A DNA stretch of 64,000 nt from the human T2T-CHM13v2.0 reference genome, Homo sapiens, in assembly GCF_009914755.1 (NCBI RefSeq), contig NC_060937.1; one strand, written 5' to 3'. Both the position numbers and the translations under genes were made by a program. Position 1 is the first letter of the stretch; every line of letters starts with the position of its first letter. This document shows, one piece after another, positions 45,116 to 60,100 of this stretch. The notes beneath the pieces were generated by a model that worked only from the letters and a program-made list of their open reading frames with translations, was not told the DNA's origin and searched no databases.

Positions 45116-48100
45116 GCAAAGCATGTATTATATACTGTACATAAAATATGAAATTACATCAAATATATATTATATTAGGTACATAAAATATGAAAGTACA
45201 TCACATATATATCATATACTGTACATAAAATACCAAAGTACCCCAAATATATATTATATACTGTACATGAAATATCAAAGTTCACAAACTATATATTATA
45301 TAATGTACATAAAATATCAAAGTACCGAAAGTATATATTCTATACTGTACAAAAAATATCAAAGTACCCAAAGCATGTATTATATAGTGTATATAAAATA
45401 TGAAAGTACATCAAATATATATTTAACTCTGTACATAAAATATCAAAGTACACCAAATATATATTCTATACTGTACATAAAATATCAAAGTACCCAAACT
45501 ATACATTATATACTGTACATAAAATATGAAATTACATCAAATATATATTATATTAGGTACATAAAATATGAAAGTACATCAAATATAGATTATACACTGT
45601 ACATAAAATACCAAAGAACCCCAAATATATATTATATACTGTACATGAAATATCAGAGTTCACAAACTATATATTATATACTGTACATAAAATATCAAAG
45701 TACCCAAGGTATATATTCTATACTGTACAAAAAATATCAAAGTACCCAAAGCATGTATTATATACTGTTAATAAAATATGAAAGTACATCAAATATATAT
45801 TTTATTCTGTACATAAAATATCAAAGTACACCAAATATATATTCTATAGTGTACATAAAATATCAAAGTACCCAAACTATACCTTATATACTGTACATAA
45901 AATATGAAATTACATCAAATATATATTATATTAGGTACATAAAATATGAAAGTACATCAAATATATATTATATACTGTACATAAAATACCAAAGTACCCC
46001 AAATACATATTATATACTGTACATGAAATATCAAAGTTCAAAAACTATATATTATATACTGTACATAAAATATCAAAGTACCGAAGGGATATATTCTATA
46101 ATGTACAAAAAATATCAAAGTACCCAAAGCATATATTATATACTGTACATAAAATATGAAAGTACATCAAATATATATTTTATTCTGTACATAAAATATC
46201 AAAGTACACCAAATATATATTCTATAGTGTACATAAAATATCAAAGTACCCAGACTATACATTATATACTGTACATAAAACATGAAATTACATCCAATAT
46301 ATATTATATTAGGTACATAAAATATGAAAGTACATCAAATATAAATTATATACTGTACATAAAATACCAAAGTACCTCAAATATATATTAAGTACTGTAC
46401 ATGAAATATCAAAGTTCACAAACTATATATTATATACTGTACATAAAATATCAAAGTACCCAAGGTATATATTCTATACTCTACAAAAAATATGAAAGTA
46501 CCCAAAGCATGTATTATATACGGTACATAAAATATCAAAGTACACCAAATATATATTCTATAGTGTACATAAAATATCAAAGTACCCAAACTATACATTA
46601 TATACTGTACATAAAATATGAAAGTACATCAAATATAGATTATATACTGTACATAAAATAGCAAATTACACCAAATATATATTTTATACTGTACATGCAA
46701 TATCAAAGTTCACAAACTATATATTATATACTGTACATAAAATATCAAAGTACCCAAGGTATATATTCTATACTGTACAAAAAATATCAAAGTACCCAAA
46801 GCAAGTATTATATACTGTACATAAAATATGAAAGTACATCAAATATATATTTTATTCTGTACATAAAATATCAAAGTACACCAAATATATATTCTATAGT
46901 GTACATAAAATATCAAAGTACCCAAACTATACATTATATACTGTACATAAAATATGAAATTACATCAAATATATATTATATTAGGTACATAAAATATGAA
47001 AGTACATCAAATATAGATTATACACTGTACATAAAATACCAAAGAACCCCAAATATATATTATATACTGTACATGAAATATCAAAGTTCACAAACTATAT
47101 ATTATATACTGTACATAAAATATCAAAGTACCCAAGGTATATATTCTATACTGTACAAAAAATATCAAAGTACCCAAAGCATGTATTATAAACTGTACAT
47201 AAAATATGAAAGTACATCAAATATATATTTTATTCTGTACATAAAATATCAAAGTACACCAAATATATATTCTATAGTGTACATAATAAATCAAAGTACC
47301 CAAACTATACATTAAATACTGTACATAAAATATGAAATTACATCAAATATATATTATATTAGGTACATAAAATATGAAAGTACATCAAATATAGATTATA
47401 TACTGCACATAAAATACCAAAGTACCCCAAATACATATTATATACTGTACATGAAATATCAAAGTTCACAAACTATATATTATATACTGTACATAAAATA
47501 TCAAAGTACCCATGTTATATATTCTATACTGTACAAAAAATATCAAAGTACCCAAAGCATGTATTATGTACTGTTCATAAAATATGAAAGTACATCAAAT
47601 ATATATTTTATTCTGTACATAAAATATCAAAGTACACCAAATATATATTCTATACTGTACATAAAATATCAAAGTACCCAAACTATACATTATATACTGT
47701 ACATAAAATATGAAATTACATCAAATATAAATTCTATACTGTACATAAAATATCAAAGTACCCCAAATATATATTATATACTGTACATGAAATATCAAAG
47801 TCCACAAACTATATATTATATACTGTACATAAAATATCAAAGAACCCAAGGTATATATTCTATACTGTACAAAAAATATCAAAGTACCCAAAACAGGTAT
47901 TATATACTGTTCATAACATATGAACGTACATCAAATATATATTTAATTCTGTACATAAAATATCAAAGTACACCAAATATATATTCTATAGTGTACATAA
48001 AATATCAAAGTACCCAAACTATACATTATATACTGTACATAAAATATGAAATTACATCAAATATATATTACATTAGGTACATAAAATATGAAAGTACATC

Positions 48101-48590
48101 AAATATAGATTATATACTGTACATAAAATACCAAAGTACCCCAAATACATATTATATACTGTACATGAAATATCAAAGTTCACAAACTATATATTATATA
48201 CTGTACATAAAATATCAAAGTACCCAAGGTATATATTCTATACTGTACAAAAAATATCAAAGTACGCAAAGCATGTATTATATACTGTACATAAAATATG
48301 AAAGTACATGAAATATATATTTTATTCTGTACATAAAATATCAAAGTACACCAAATATATATTCTATAGTGTACATAAAATATCAAAGTACCCAAGGTAT
48401 ATATTCTATACTGTACAAAAAATATCAAAGTACCCAAAGCATGTATTATATAGTGTATATAAAATATGAAAGTACAACAAATATATATTTAATTCTGTAC
48501 ATAAAATATCAAAGTACACCAAATATATATTCTATAGTGTACATTAAATATCAAAGTACCCAAACTATACATTATATACTGTACATAAAA
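45116..48590 (+). repeat. Transition zone: diverged B-like and A-like units with several monomer-level deletions
   Basis: B markers (CGAAGGG about 46082, CCCAGACT about 46249) occur without the regular 2141 order. Monomer skips at about 45140, 46520, 46610, 47720 and 48370. Confidence 0.7.
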
Positions 48591-51500
48591 TATGAAATTA
48601 CATCAAGTATATATTAGGTACATAAAATATGAAAGTACATCACATATAGATTATATACTGTACATAAAATATCAATGTACCCCAAATATATATTATATAC
48701 TCTACATGAAATATCAATGTTCACAAATTATATATTGTATACTGTACATAAAATATCAAAGTACCCAAGGTATATATTCTATACTGTGTAAAAAATATCA
48801 AAGTACCCAAAGCATGTATTATATACTGTACATAAAATATGAAAGTACATTAAATATATATTTTATTCTGTACATAAAATATCAAAGTACACCAGATAAA
48901 TATTCTATAGTGTACATAAAATATCAAAGTACCCAAACTATACATTATATACTGTACATAAAATATGAAATTACATCAAATATATATTAGGTACATAAAA
49001 TATGAAAGTACATCAAATATAGATTATATACTGTACATATAATATCATTGTACCCCAAATATATATTTTATACTCTACATGAAATATCAAAGTTCACAAA
49101 CTATATATTATATACTGTACATAAAATATCAAAGTACCCAAGGTATATATTGTATACTGTACAAAAAATATCAAAGTACCCAAAGCATGTATTATATACT
49201 GTACATAAAATACGAAAGTACATCAAATATATATTTTATTCTGTACATAAAATATCAAAGTACACCAGATATATATACTATAGTGTACATAAAATATCAA
49301 AGTACCCAAACTATACATTATATACTGTACATAAAATATGAAATTACATCAAATATATATTATATTAGGTACATAAAATATGAAAGTACATCAAATATAG
49401 ATTATATACTGTACATTAAATACCAAAGTACCCCAAATATATATTTTATACTGTACATGAAATATCAAAGTTCACAAACTATATATTATATACTGTACAT
49501 AAAATATCAAAGTACCCAAGGTATATATTCTATACTGTACAAAAAATATCAAAGTACCCAAAGCATGTATTATATACTGTACATAAAATATGAAAGTACA
49601 TCAAATATATATTTTATTCTGTACATAAAATATCAAAGTACACCAGATATATATTCTATAGTGTACATAAAATATCAAAGTACGCAAACTATACATTATA
49701 TACTGTACATAAAATATGAAATTACATCAAATATATATTATATTAGGCTCATAAAATATGAAAGTTCATCAAATATAGATTATATACTGTACATAAAATA
49801 TCAAAGTACCCCAAATATATATTATATACTATATATGAAATATCAAAGCTCACAAACTATATATTATATACTGTACATAAAATATCAAAGTACCCAAGGT
49901 ATATATTCTATACCGCACAAAAAATATCAAAGTACCCAAAGCATGTATTATATACTGTATATAAAATATGAAATTACATCAAATATATATTTTATTCTGT
50001 ACATAAAATATCAAAGTACACCAGATATATATTCTATAGTCTACATAAAATAACAAAGTACACAAACTATAAATTATATACTGTATATAAAATATGAAAT
50101 TACATCAAATATATATTACGTGCATAAAATATGAAAGTACATCAAATATAGATTATATACTGTACATAAAATACCAATGTACCCCAAATATATATTTTAT
50201 ACTCTACATGAAATATCAAAGTTCACAAACCATATATTATATACTGTACATAAAATATCAAAGTACCCAAGGTATACATTCTATACTGTACAAAAATTAT
50301 CAAAGTACCCAAAGCATTTATTATATACTGTATATAAAATATGAAACTACATCAAATATATATTTTATTCTGTACATAAAATATCAAAATACACCAGATA
50401 TATATTCTATAGTGTACATAAAATATCAAAGTACCCAAACTATACATTATATACTGTACATAAAATATGAAATTACATCAAATATATTTTATATTAGGTA
50501 CATAAAATATGAAAGTACATCAAATATAGATTATATACTGTACATTAAATACCAAAGTACCCCAAATATATATTTTATACTGTACATGAAATATCAAAGT
50601 TCACAAACCATATATTATATACTGTACATAAAATATCAAAGTACACAGCGTATATATTCTATACTGTACAAAAATAACAAAGTACCAAAAGCATGTATTA
50701 TATACTGTTCCTAAAATATGAAAGTACATCAAATATATATTTTATTCTGTACATAAAATATCAAAGTACACCAGATATATATTCCATAGTGTACATAAAA
50801 TATCAAAGTACCCAAACTATACATTATATACTGTACATAAAATATGAAATTACATCAAATATATTTTATATTAGGTACATAAAATATGAAAGTACATCAA
50901 ATATAGATTATATACTGTACATAAAATATCAAAGTACCCCAAATATATATTATATACTCTACATGAAATATCAAAGTTCACAAACTATATATTATATACT
51001 GTACATAAAATATCAAAGTACCCAAGGTATATATTCTATACTGCACAAAAAATATCAAAGTACCCAAAGCATGTATTATAAACTGTACATAAAATATGAA
51101 AGTACATCAAATGTATATTTTATTCTGTACATAAAATATCAAAGTACACCAGATATATATTCTATAGTGTACATAAAATATCAAAGTACCCAAACTATAC
51201 ATTATATACTGTACATAAAATATGAAATTACATTAAATATATATTAGGTACATAAAATATGATAGTACATCTAATATAGATTATATACTGTACATAAAAT
51301 ATCAATGTACCCCAAATATATATTTTATACTCTACATGAAATATCAAAGTTCAGAAACCATATATTGTATACTGTACATAAAATATCAAAATACCCAAGG
51401 TATATATTCTATACTGTACAAAAAATATCAAAGTACCCAAAGCATGTATTATATACTGTGCATAAAATATGAAAGTACATCAAATATATATTTAATTCTG

Positions 51501-54500
51501 TACATTAAATATCAAAGTACACCAGATATATATTCTATAGTGTACATAAAATATCAAAGTACCCAAACTATACATTAAATACTGTACATAAAATATGAGA
51601 TTACATCAAATATATATTATATTAGGTACAAAAAATATGAAAGTATATCAAATATAGATTATATACTGTACATAAAATATCAAAGTACCCCAAATATATA
51701 TTATATACTCTACATGAAATATCAAAGTTCACAAACTATATATTATATACTGTACATAAAATATCAATGTACCCAAGGTATATATTCTATACTGTACAAA
51801 AAATATCAAAGTACGCAAAGCATGTATTGTATACTGTATATAAAATATGAAAGTACATTAAATATATATTTTATTCTGTACATAAAATATCAAAGTACAC
51901 CAGATATATATTCTATAGTGTACATAAAATAACAAAGTACACAAACTATAAATTATATACTGTACATAAAATATGAAATTACATCAAATATATATTAGGT
52001 AAATAAAATATGAAAGTACATCAAATATAGATTATATACTGTACATATAATATCAATGTACCCCATATATATATTTTATACTCTACATGAAATATCAAAG
52101 TTCACAAACCATATATTATATACTGTACATAAAATATCAAAGTACCCAAGGTAAATATTCTATACTATACAAAAAATATCAAAGTACCCAAAGCATGTAT
52201 TATACACTGTACATAAAATATGAAAGTACATCAAATATATATTTTATTCTGTACATAAAATATCAAAGTACACCAGATATATATTCTATAGTGTACATAA
52301 AATATTAAATTACCCAAACTATACATTATATACTGTACATAAAATATGAAATTACATCAAATATATATTATATTAGGTACATAAAATATGAAAGTACATC
52401 AAATATAGTTTATATACTGTACATTAAATACCAAATTACCCCAAATATATATTTTATACTGTACATGAATTATCAAAGTTCACAAACTATATATTATATA
52501 CTGTACATAAAATATCAAAGTACCCAAGGTATATATTCTATACTGTACAAAAAATATCAAAGTACCCAAAGCATGTATTACATACTGTATATAAAATATG
52601 AAAGTACATCAAATATATATTTTATTCTGTACATAAAATATCAAAGTACACCAGATATATATTCAATAGTGTACATAAAATAACAAAGTACACAAACTGT
52701 AAATTATATACTGTACATAAAATATGAAATTACATCAAATATATATTAGGTACATAAAATATGAAAGTACATCAAATATAGATTATATACTGTACATAAA
52801 ATATCAATGTACCCCAAATATATATTTTATACTCTACATGAAATATCAAAGTTCACAAACCATATATTATATACTGTACATAAAATATCAAAGTACCCAA
52901 GGTATATATTCTATACTGTACAAAAAATATCAAAGTACCCAAAGCATGTATTATATACTGTACATAAAATATGAAAGTACATCAAATATATATTTTATTC
53001 TGTACATAAAATATCAAAGTACACCAGATATATATTCTATAGTGTACATAAAATATCAAAGTACCCAAACTATACATTATATACTGTACATAAAATATGA
53101 AATTTCATCAAATATATATTAGGTACATAAAATATGAAAGTACATCAAATATAGATTATATACTGTACATAAAATATCAAAGTATCCCAAATATATATTA
53201 TATACTGTACATGAAATATCAAAGTTCACAAACTATATATTATATACTGTACATAAAATATCAAAGTACCCAAGGTATATATTCTATCCTGTACAAAAAA
53301 TATCAAAGTACCCAAGCATGTATTATATACTGTATATAAAATATGAAAGTACATCAAATATATATTTTATTCTGTACATAAAATATCAAAGTACACCAGA
53401 TATATATTCTATAGTGTACATAAAATAAGAATGTACACAAACTATAAATTATATACTGTCCATAAAATATGAAATTACATCAAATATATATTAGGTACCT
53501 AAAATATGAAAGTACATCAAATATAGCTTATGTACTGTACATAAAATATCAAAGTACCCCAAATATATATTATATACTCTACATGAAATATCAAAGTTCA
53601 CAAACTATATATTATATACTGTACATAAAATATCAAAGTACCCAAGGTATATATTCTATACTGTACAAAAAATATCAAAGTACGCAAAGCATGTATTATA
53701 TATTGTATATAAAATATGAAAGTACATTAAATATATATTTTATTCTGTACATCAAATATCAAAGTACACCAGATATATATTCTATAGTGTACATAAAATA
53801 ACAAAGTACACAAACTATAAATTATATACTGTATATAAAATATGAAATTGCATCAAAAATATATTAGGTACATAAAATATGAAAGTACATCAAATATAGA
53901 TTATATACTGTACATAAAATATCAATGTACCGCAAATATATATTTTATACTCTACATGAAATATCAAAGTTCACAAACTATATATTATATACTGTACATA
54001 AAATATCAAAATACCCAAGGTATATATTCTATACTGAACAAAAAATATCAAAGTACCCAAAGCATGTATTATATACTGTATATAAAATATGAAAGTACAT
54101 CAAATATATATTTTATTCTGTACGTAAAATATCAAAGTACACCAGATATGTATTCTATACTGTACATAAAATAACAAAGTACAAAAACTATAAATTATAT
54201 ACTGTACATAAAATATGAAATTACATCAAATACATATTAGGTACATAAAATATGAAAGTACATCAAATATAGATTATATACTGTACATAAAATATCAATG
54301 TACCCCAAATATATATTTTATACTCTACATGAAATATCAAAGTTCACAAACCATATATTATATACTGTACATAAAATATCAAAGTAACCAAGGTATATAT
54401 TCTATACTGTACAAAAAATACCAAAGTACCCAAAGCATGTATTATATAATGTACATAACATATGAAAGTACATCAAATATATATTTTATTCTGTACATGA

Positions 54501-57500
54501 AATATCAAAGTACACCAGATATATATTCTATAGTGTACATAAAATATCAAAGTACCCAAACTATACATTATATACTGTACATAAAATATGAAATTACATC
54601 AAATATATATTATATTAGGTACATAAAATAAGAAAGAACATCAAATGTAGATTATATACTGTACATAAAATATCAAAGTACCCCAAATATATATTATATA
54701 CTCTACATGAAATATCAAAGTTCACAAACCATATATTATATACTGTACATAAAATATCAAAGTACCCAAGGTATATATTCTATAATGTACAAAAAATATC
54801 AAAGTAACCAAAGCGTGTATTATATACTGTATATAAAATATGAAATTACATCAAATATATATTAGGTACATAAAATATGAAAGTACAACAAATATAGATT
54901 ATATACTGTACTTAAAATATCAAAGTACCCCAAATATATATTATATACTGTACATGAAATATCAAAGTTCACAAACTATATATTATATACTGTACATAAA
55001 ATATCAAAGTACCCAAGGTATATATTCTATACTGTACAAAAAATATCAAAGTACCCAAAGCACGTATTATATACTGTACATAAAATATGAAAGTACATCA
55101 AATATATATTTTATTCTGTACATAAAATATCAAAGTACACCAGATATATATTCTATAGTGTACATAAAATAACAAAGTACACAAACTATAAATTATATAC
55201 TGTACATAAAATATGAAATTACATCAAATATATATTAGGTACATAAAATATGAAAGTACATCAAACATAGATTATATACTGTACATGAAATATCAATGTA
55301 ACCCAAATATATATTATATACTCTACATGAAATATCAAAGTTCACAAACCGTATATTATATACTGTACGTAAAATATCAAAGTACCCAAGGTATATATTC
55401 TATATTGTACAAAAAATATCAAAGTACCCATAGCATGTATTATATACTGTACATAAAATATGAAAGTACATCAAATATATATTTTATTCTGTACATAAAA
55501 TATCAAAGTACACCAGATATATATTCTATAGGATACATAAAATATCAAAGTACCCAAACTATAAATTATATAATTTACATAAAATATGAAATTACATCAA
55601 ATATATATTAGGTACATAAAATATGAAAGTACATCAAATATAGATTATATACTGTACATAAAATATCAAAGTACCCCAAATATATATTATATACTGTACA
55701 TGAAATATCAAAGTTCACAAACTATATATTATATACTGTACATAAAATATCAAAGTACCCAAGGTATATATTCTATACTTTACAAAAAATATCAAAGTAC
55801 CCAAAGCATGTATTATATACTGTACATAAAATATGAAAGTACATCAAATATATATTTCATTCTGTACATAAAATATCAAAGTACACCAGATATATATTCT
55901 ATAGTGTACATAAAATATCAAAGTACCCAAACTATACATTATATACTGTACATAAAATATGAAATTACATCAAATATATATTATATTAGGTACATAAAAT
56001 ATGAAAGTACATCAAATATGGTTTATATACTGTACATTAAATACCAAATTACTCCAAATATATATTTTATACTGTACATGAAATATCAAAGTTCACAAAC
56101 TATATATTATATACTGTACATAAAATATCAAAGTACCCAAGGTATATATTCTATACTGTACAAAAAATATCAAAGTACCCAAAGCATGTATTATATACTG
56201 TATATAAAATATGAAAGTACATCAAATATATATTTTATTCTGTACATAAAATATCAAAGTACTCCAGATATATATTCTATAGTGTACATAAAATAAGAAA
56301 GTACACAAACTATAAATTATATACTGTCCATAAAATATGAAATTACATCAAATATATATTAGGTACCTAAAATATGAAAGTACATCAAATATAGCTTATA
56401 TACTGTACATAAAATATCAATGTACCCCAAATATATATTTTATACTCGACATGAAATATCAAAGTTCACAAACCATATATTATATACTGTACATAAAATA
56501 TCAAAGTACCCAAGGTATATATTCTATACTGTACAAAAAATATCAAAGTACCCAAAGCATGTATTATATACTGTACATAAAATATGAAAGTACATCAAAT
56601 ATATATTTTATTCTGTACATAAAATATCAAAGTACACCAGATATATATTCTATAGTGTACATAAAATATCATAGTACCCAAACAATACATTATATACTGT
56701 ACATAAAATATGAAATTACATCAAATATATATTAGGTACATAAAATATGAAAGTACATCAAATATACATTATATACTGTACATAAAATAACAAAGTACCC
56801 CAAATATATATTATATACTCTACATGAAATATCAAAGTTCACAAACTATATATTATATACTATACATAAAATATCAAAGTACCCAAGGTATATATTCTAT
56901 ACTGTACAAAAAATATCAAAGTACCCAAAGCATGTATTATATACTGTACATAAAATATGAAAGTACATCAAATATATATTTTATTCTGTACATCAAATAT
57001 CAAAGTACACCAGATATATATTCTATAGTGTACATAAAATAACAAAGTACACAAACTATAAATTATATACTGTATATAAAATATGAAATTACATCAAAAA
57101 TATATTAGGTACATAAAATATGAAAGTACATCAAATATAGATTATATACTGTACATAAAATATCAATGTACCCCAAATATATATTTTATACTCTACATGA
57201 AATATCAAAGTTCACAAACTATATATTATATACTGTACATAAAATATCAAAATACCCAAGGTATATATTCTATACTGAACAAAAAATATCAAAGTACCCA
57301 AAGCATGTATTATATACTGTACATAAAATATGAAAGTACATCAAATATATATCTTATTCTGTACATAAAATATCAATGTACACCAGATATATATTCTATA
57401 GTGTACATAAAATATCAAAGTACCCAAACTATACATTATATACTGTACAGAAAATATGAAATTACAGCAAATATATATTATATTAGGTACATAAAATATG

Positions 57501-57800
57501 AAAGTACATCAAATATAGATTATATACTGTACATTAAATACCAAAGTAACCCAAATATATATTTTATACTGTACATGAAATATCAAAGTTCACAAACCAT
57601 ATATTATATACTGTACATAAAATATCAAAGTACACAAGGTATATATTCTATACTGTACAAAAAATATCAAAGCACCCAAAGCATGTATTATAAACTGTAC
57701 ATAAAATATGAAAGTACATCAAATATATATTTTATTCTGTACATAAAATATCAAAGTACACCAGATATATATTCTACACTGTACATAAAATATCAAATTA
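48590..57800 (+). repeat. Domain C (left part): HSat1A subtype with 373/378-bp units
   Basis: m2 is often shortened by 5 bp (ATATATATTAGG instead of ATATATATTATATTAGG). ORF starts are 373 bp apart (53469, 53842, 54215; 54840, 55213, 55586). Markers are CACCAGAT, TAACAAAGTACACAAAC, CAATGTACCCC, CTCTACATG and CAAACCATA. Confidence 0.88.
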
Positions 57801-60100
57801 CCCAAACTATACATTATATACTGTACATAAAATATAAGATTACATCAAATATATATTATATTAGGTACATAAAATATGAAAGTACATCAAATATAAATTA
57901 TATACTGTACATAAAATACCAAAGTACCCCAAATATATATTATATACTGTACATGAAATATCAAAGTTCACAAACTATATATTCTATAGTGTACATAAAA
58001 TATCAAAGTACCCAAGGTATATATTCTATACTGTACAAAAAATATGAAAGTACCCAAAGCATGTATTATATAGTGTATATAAAATATGAAAGTACATCAA
58101 ATATATATTTAATTCTATACATAAAATATCAAAGTACACCAAATATATATTCTATACTGTACATAAAATATCAAAGTACCCAAACTATACATTATATACT
58201 GTACATAAAATATGAAATTACATCAAATATATATTATATTAGGTACATAAAATATGAAAGTACATCAAATATATATTATATACTGTACATAAAATACCAA
58301 AGTACCCCAAATACATATTATATACTGTACATGAAATATCAAAGTTCACAAACTATATATTATATACCGTATATAAAATATCAAAGTACCGAAGGGATAT
58401 ATTCTATACTGTACAAAAAATATCAAAGTACCCAAAGCATGTATTATATACTGTACATAAAATATGAAAGTACATCAAATATATATTTTATTCTGTACAT
58501 AAAATATCAAAGTACACCAAATATATATTCTATAGTGTACATAAAATATCAAAGTACCCAGACTATACATTATATACTGTACATAAAACATGAAATTACA
58601 TCCAATATATATTATATTAGGTACATAAAATATGAAAGTACATCAAATATAAATTATATACTGTACTTAAAATACCAAAGAACCCCAAATATATATTATA
58701 TACTGTACATGAAATATCAAAGATCACAAACTATATGTTATATACTGTACATAAAATATCAAAGTACCCAAGGTATATATTCTATACTGTACAAAAAATA
58801 TCAAAGTACCCAAAGCATGTATTATGTAGTGTATATAAAATATGAAAGTACATCAAATATATATTTAATTCTGTACATAAAATATCAAAGTACACCAAAT
58901 ATATATTCTATACTATACATAAAATATCAAAGTACCCAAACTATACATTATATACTGTACATAAAATATGAAATTACATCAAATATATATTATATTAGGT
59001 ACATAAAATATGAAAGTACATCAAATATAGATTATACACTGTACATAAAATACCAAAGAACCCCAAATATATATTATATACTGTACATGAAATATCAAAG
59101 TTCACAAACTATATATTATATACTGTACATAAAATATCAAAGTACCCAAGGTATATATTCTATACTGTACAAAAAATATCAAAGTACCCAAAGCATGTAT
59201 TATATAGTGTATATAAAATATGAAAGTACATCAAATATATATTTAATTCTGTACATAAAATATCAAAGTACACCAAATATATATTCTATACTGTACATAA
59301 AATATCAAAGTACCCAAACTATACATTATATACTGTACATAAAATATGAAATTACATCAAATATATATTATATTAGGTACATAAAATATGAAAGTACATC
59401 AAATATAGATTATACACTGTACATAAAATACCAAAGAACCCCAAATATATATTATATACTGTACATGAAATATCAAAGTTCACAAACTATATATTATATA
59501 CTGTACATAAAATATCAAAGTACCCAAGGTATATATTCTATACTGTACAAAAAATATCAAAGTACCCAAAACATGTATTATATAATGTTCATAAAATATG
59601 AAAGTACATCAAATATATATTTTATTCTGTACATAAAATATCAAAGTACACCAAATATATATTCTATAGTGTACATAAAATATCAAAGTACCCAAACTAT
59701 ACATTATATACTGTACATAAAATATGAAATTACATCAAATATGTATTATATTAGGTACATAAAATATGAAAGTACATCAAATATATATTATATACTGTAC
59801 ATAAAATACCAAAGTACCCCAAATACATATTATATACTGTACATGAAATATCAAAGTTCACAAACTATATATTATATACTGTACATAAAATATCAAAGTA
59901 CCCAAGGTATATATTCTATACTGTACAAAAAATATCAAAGTACCCAAAGCATGTATTATATAGTGTATATAAAATATGAAAGTACATCAAATATATATTT
60001 TATTCTGTACATAAAATATCAAAGTACACCAAATATATATTCTATAGTGTACATAAAATATCAAATTACCCAAACTATACATTATATACTGTACATAAAA
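57800..60100 (+). repeat. Island of domain-B-like 378-bp units inside domain C
   Basis: No CACCAGAT and no 5-bp deletion here. It carries CGAAGGG (about 58390), CCCAGACT (about 58557), AAACATGAAATTACATCC (about 58586), GATTATACACTG and GTGTATATA. Confidence 0.82.
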
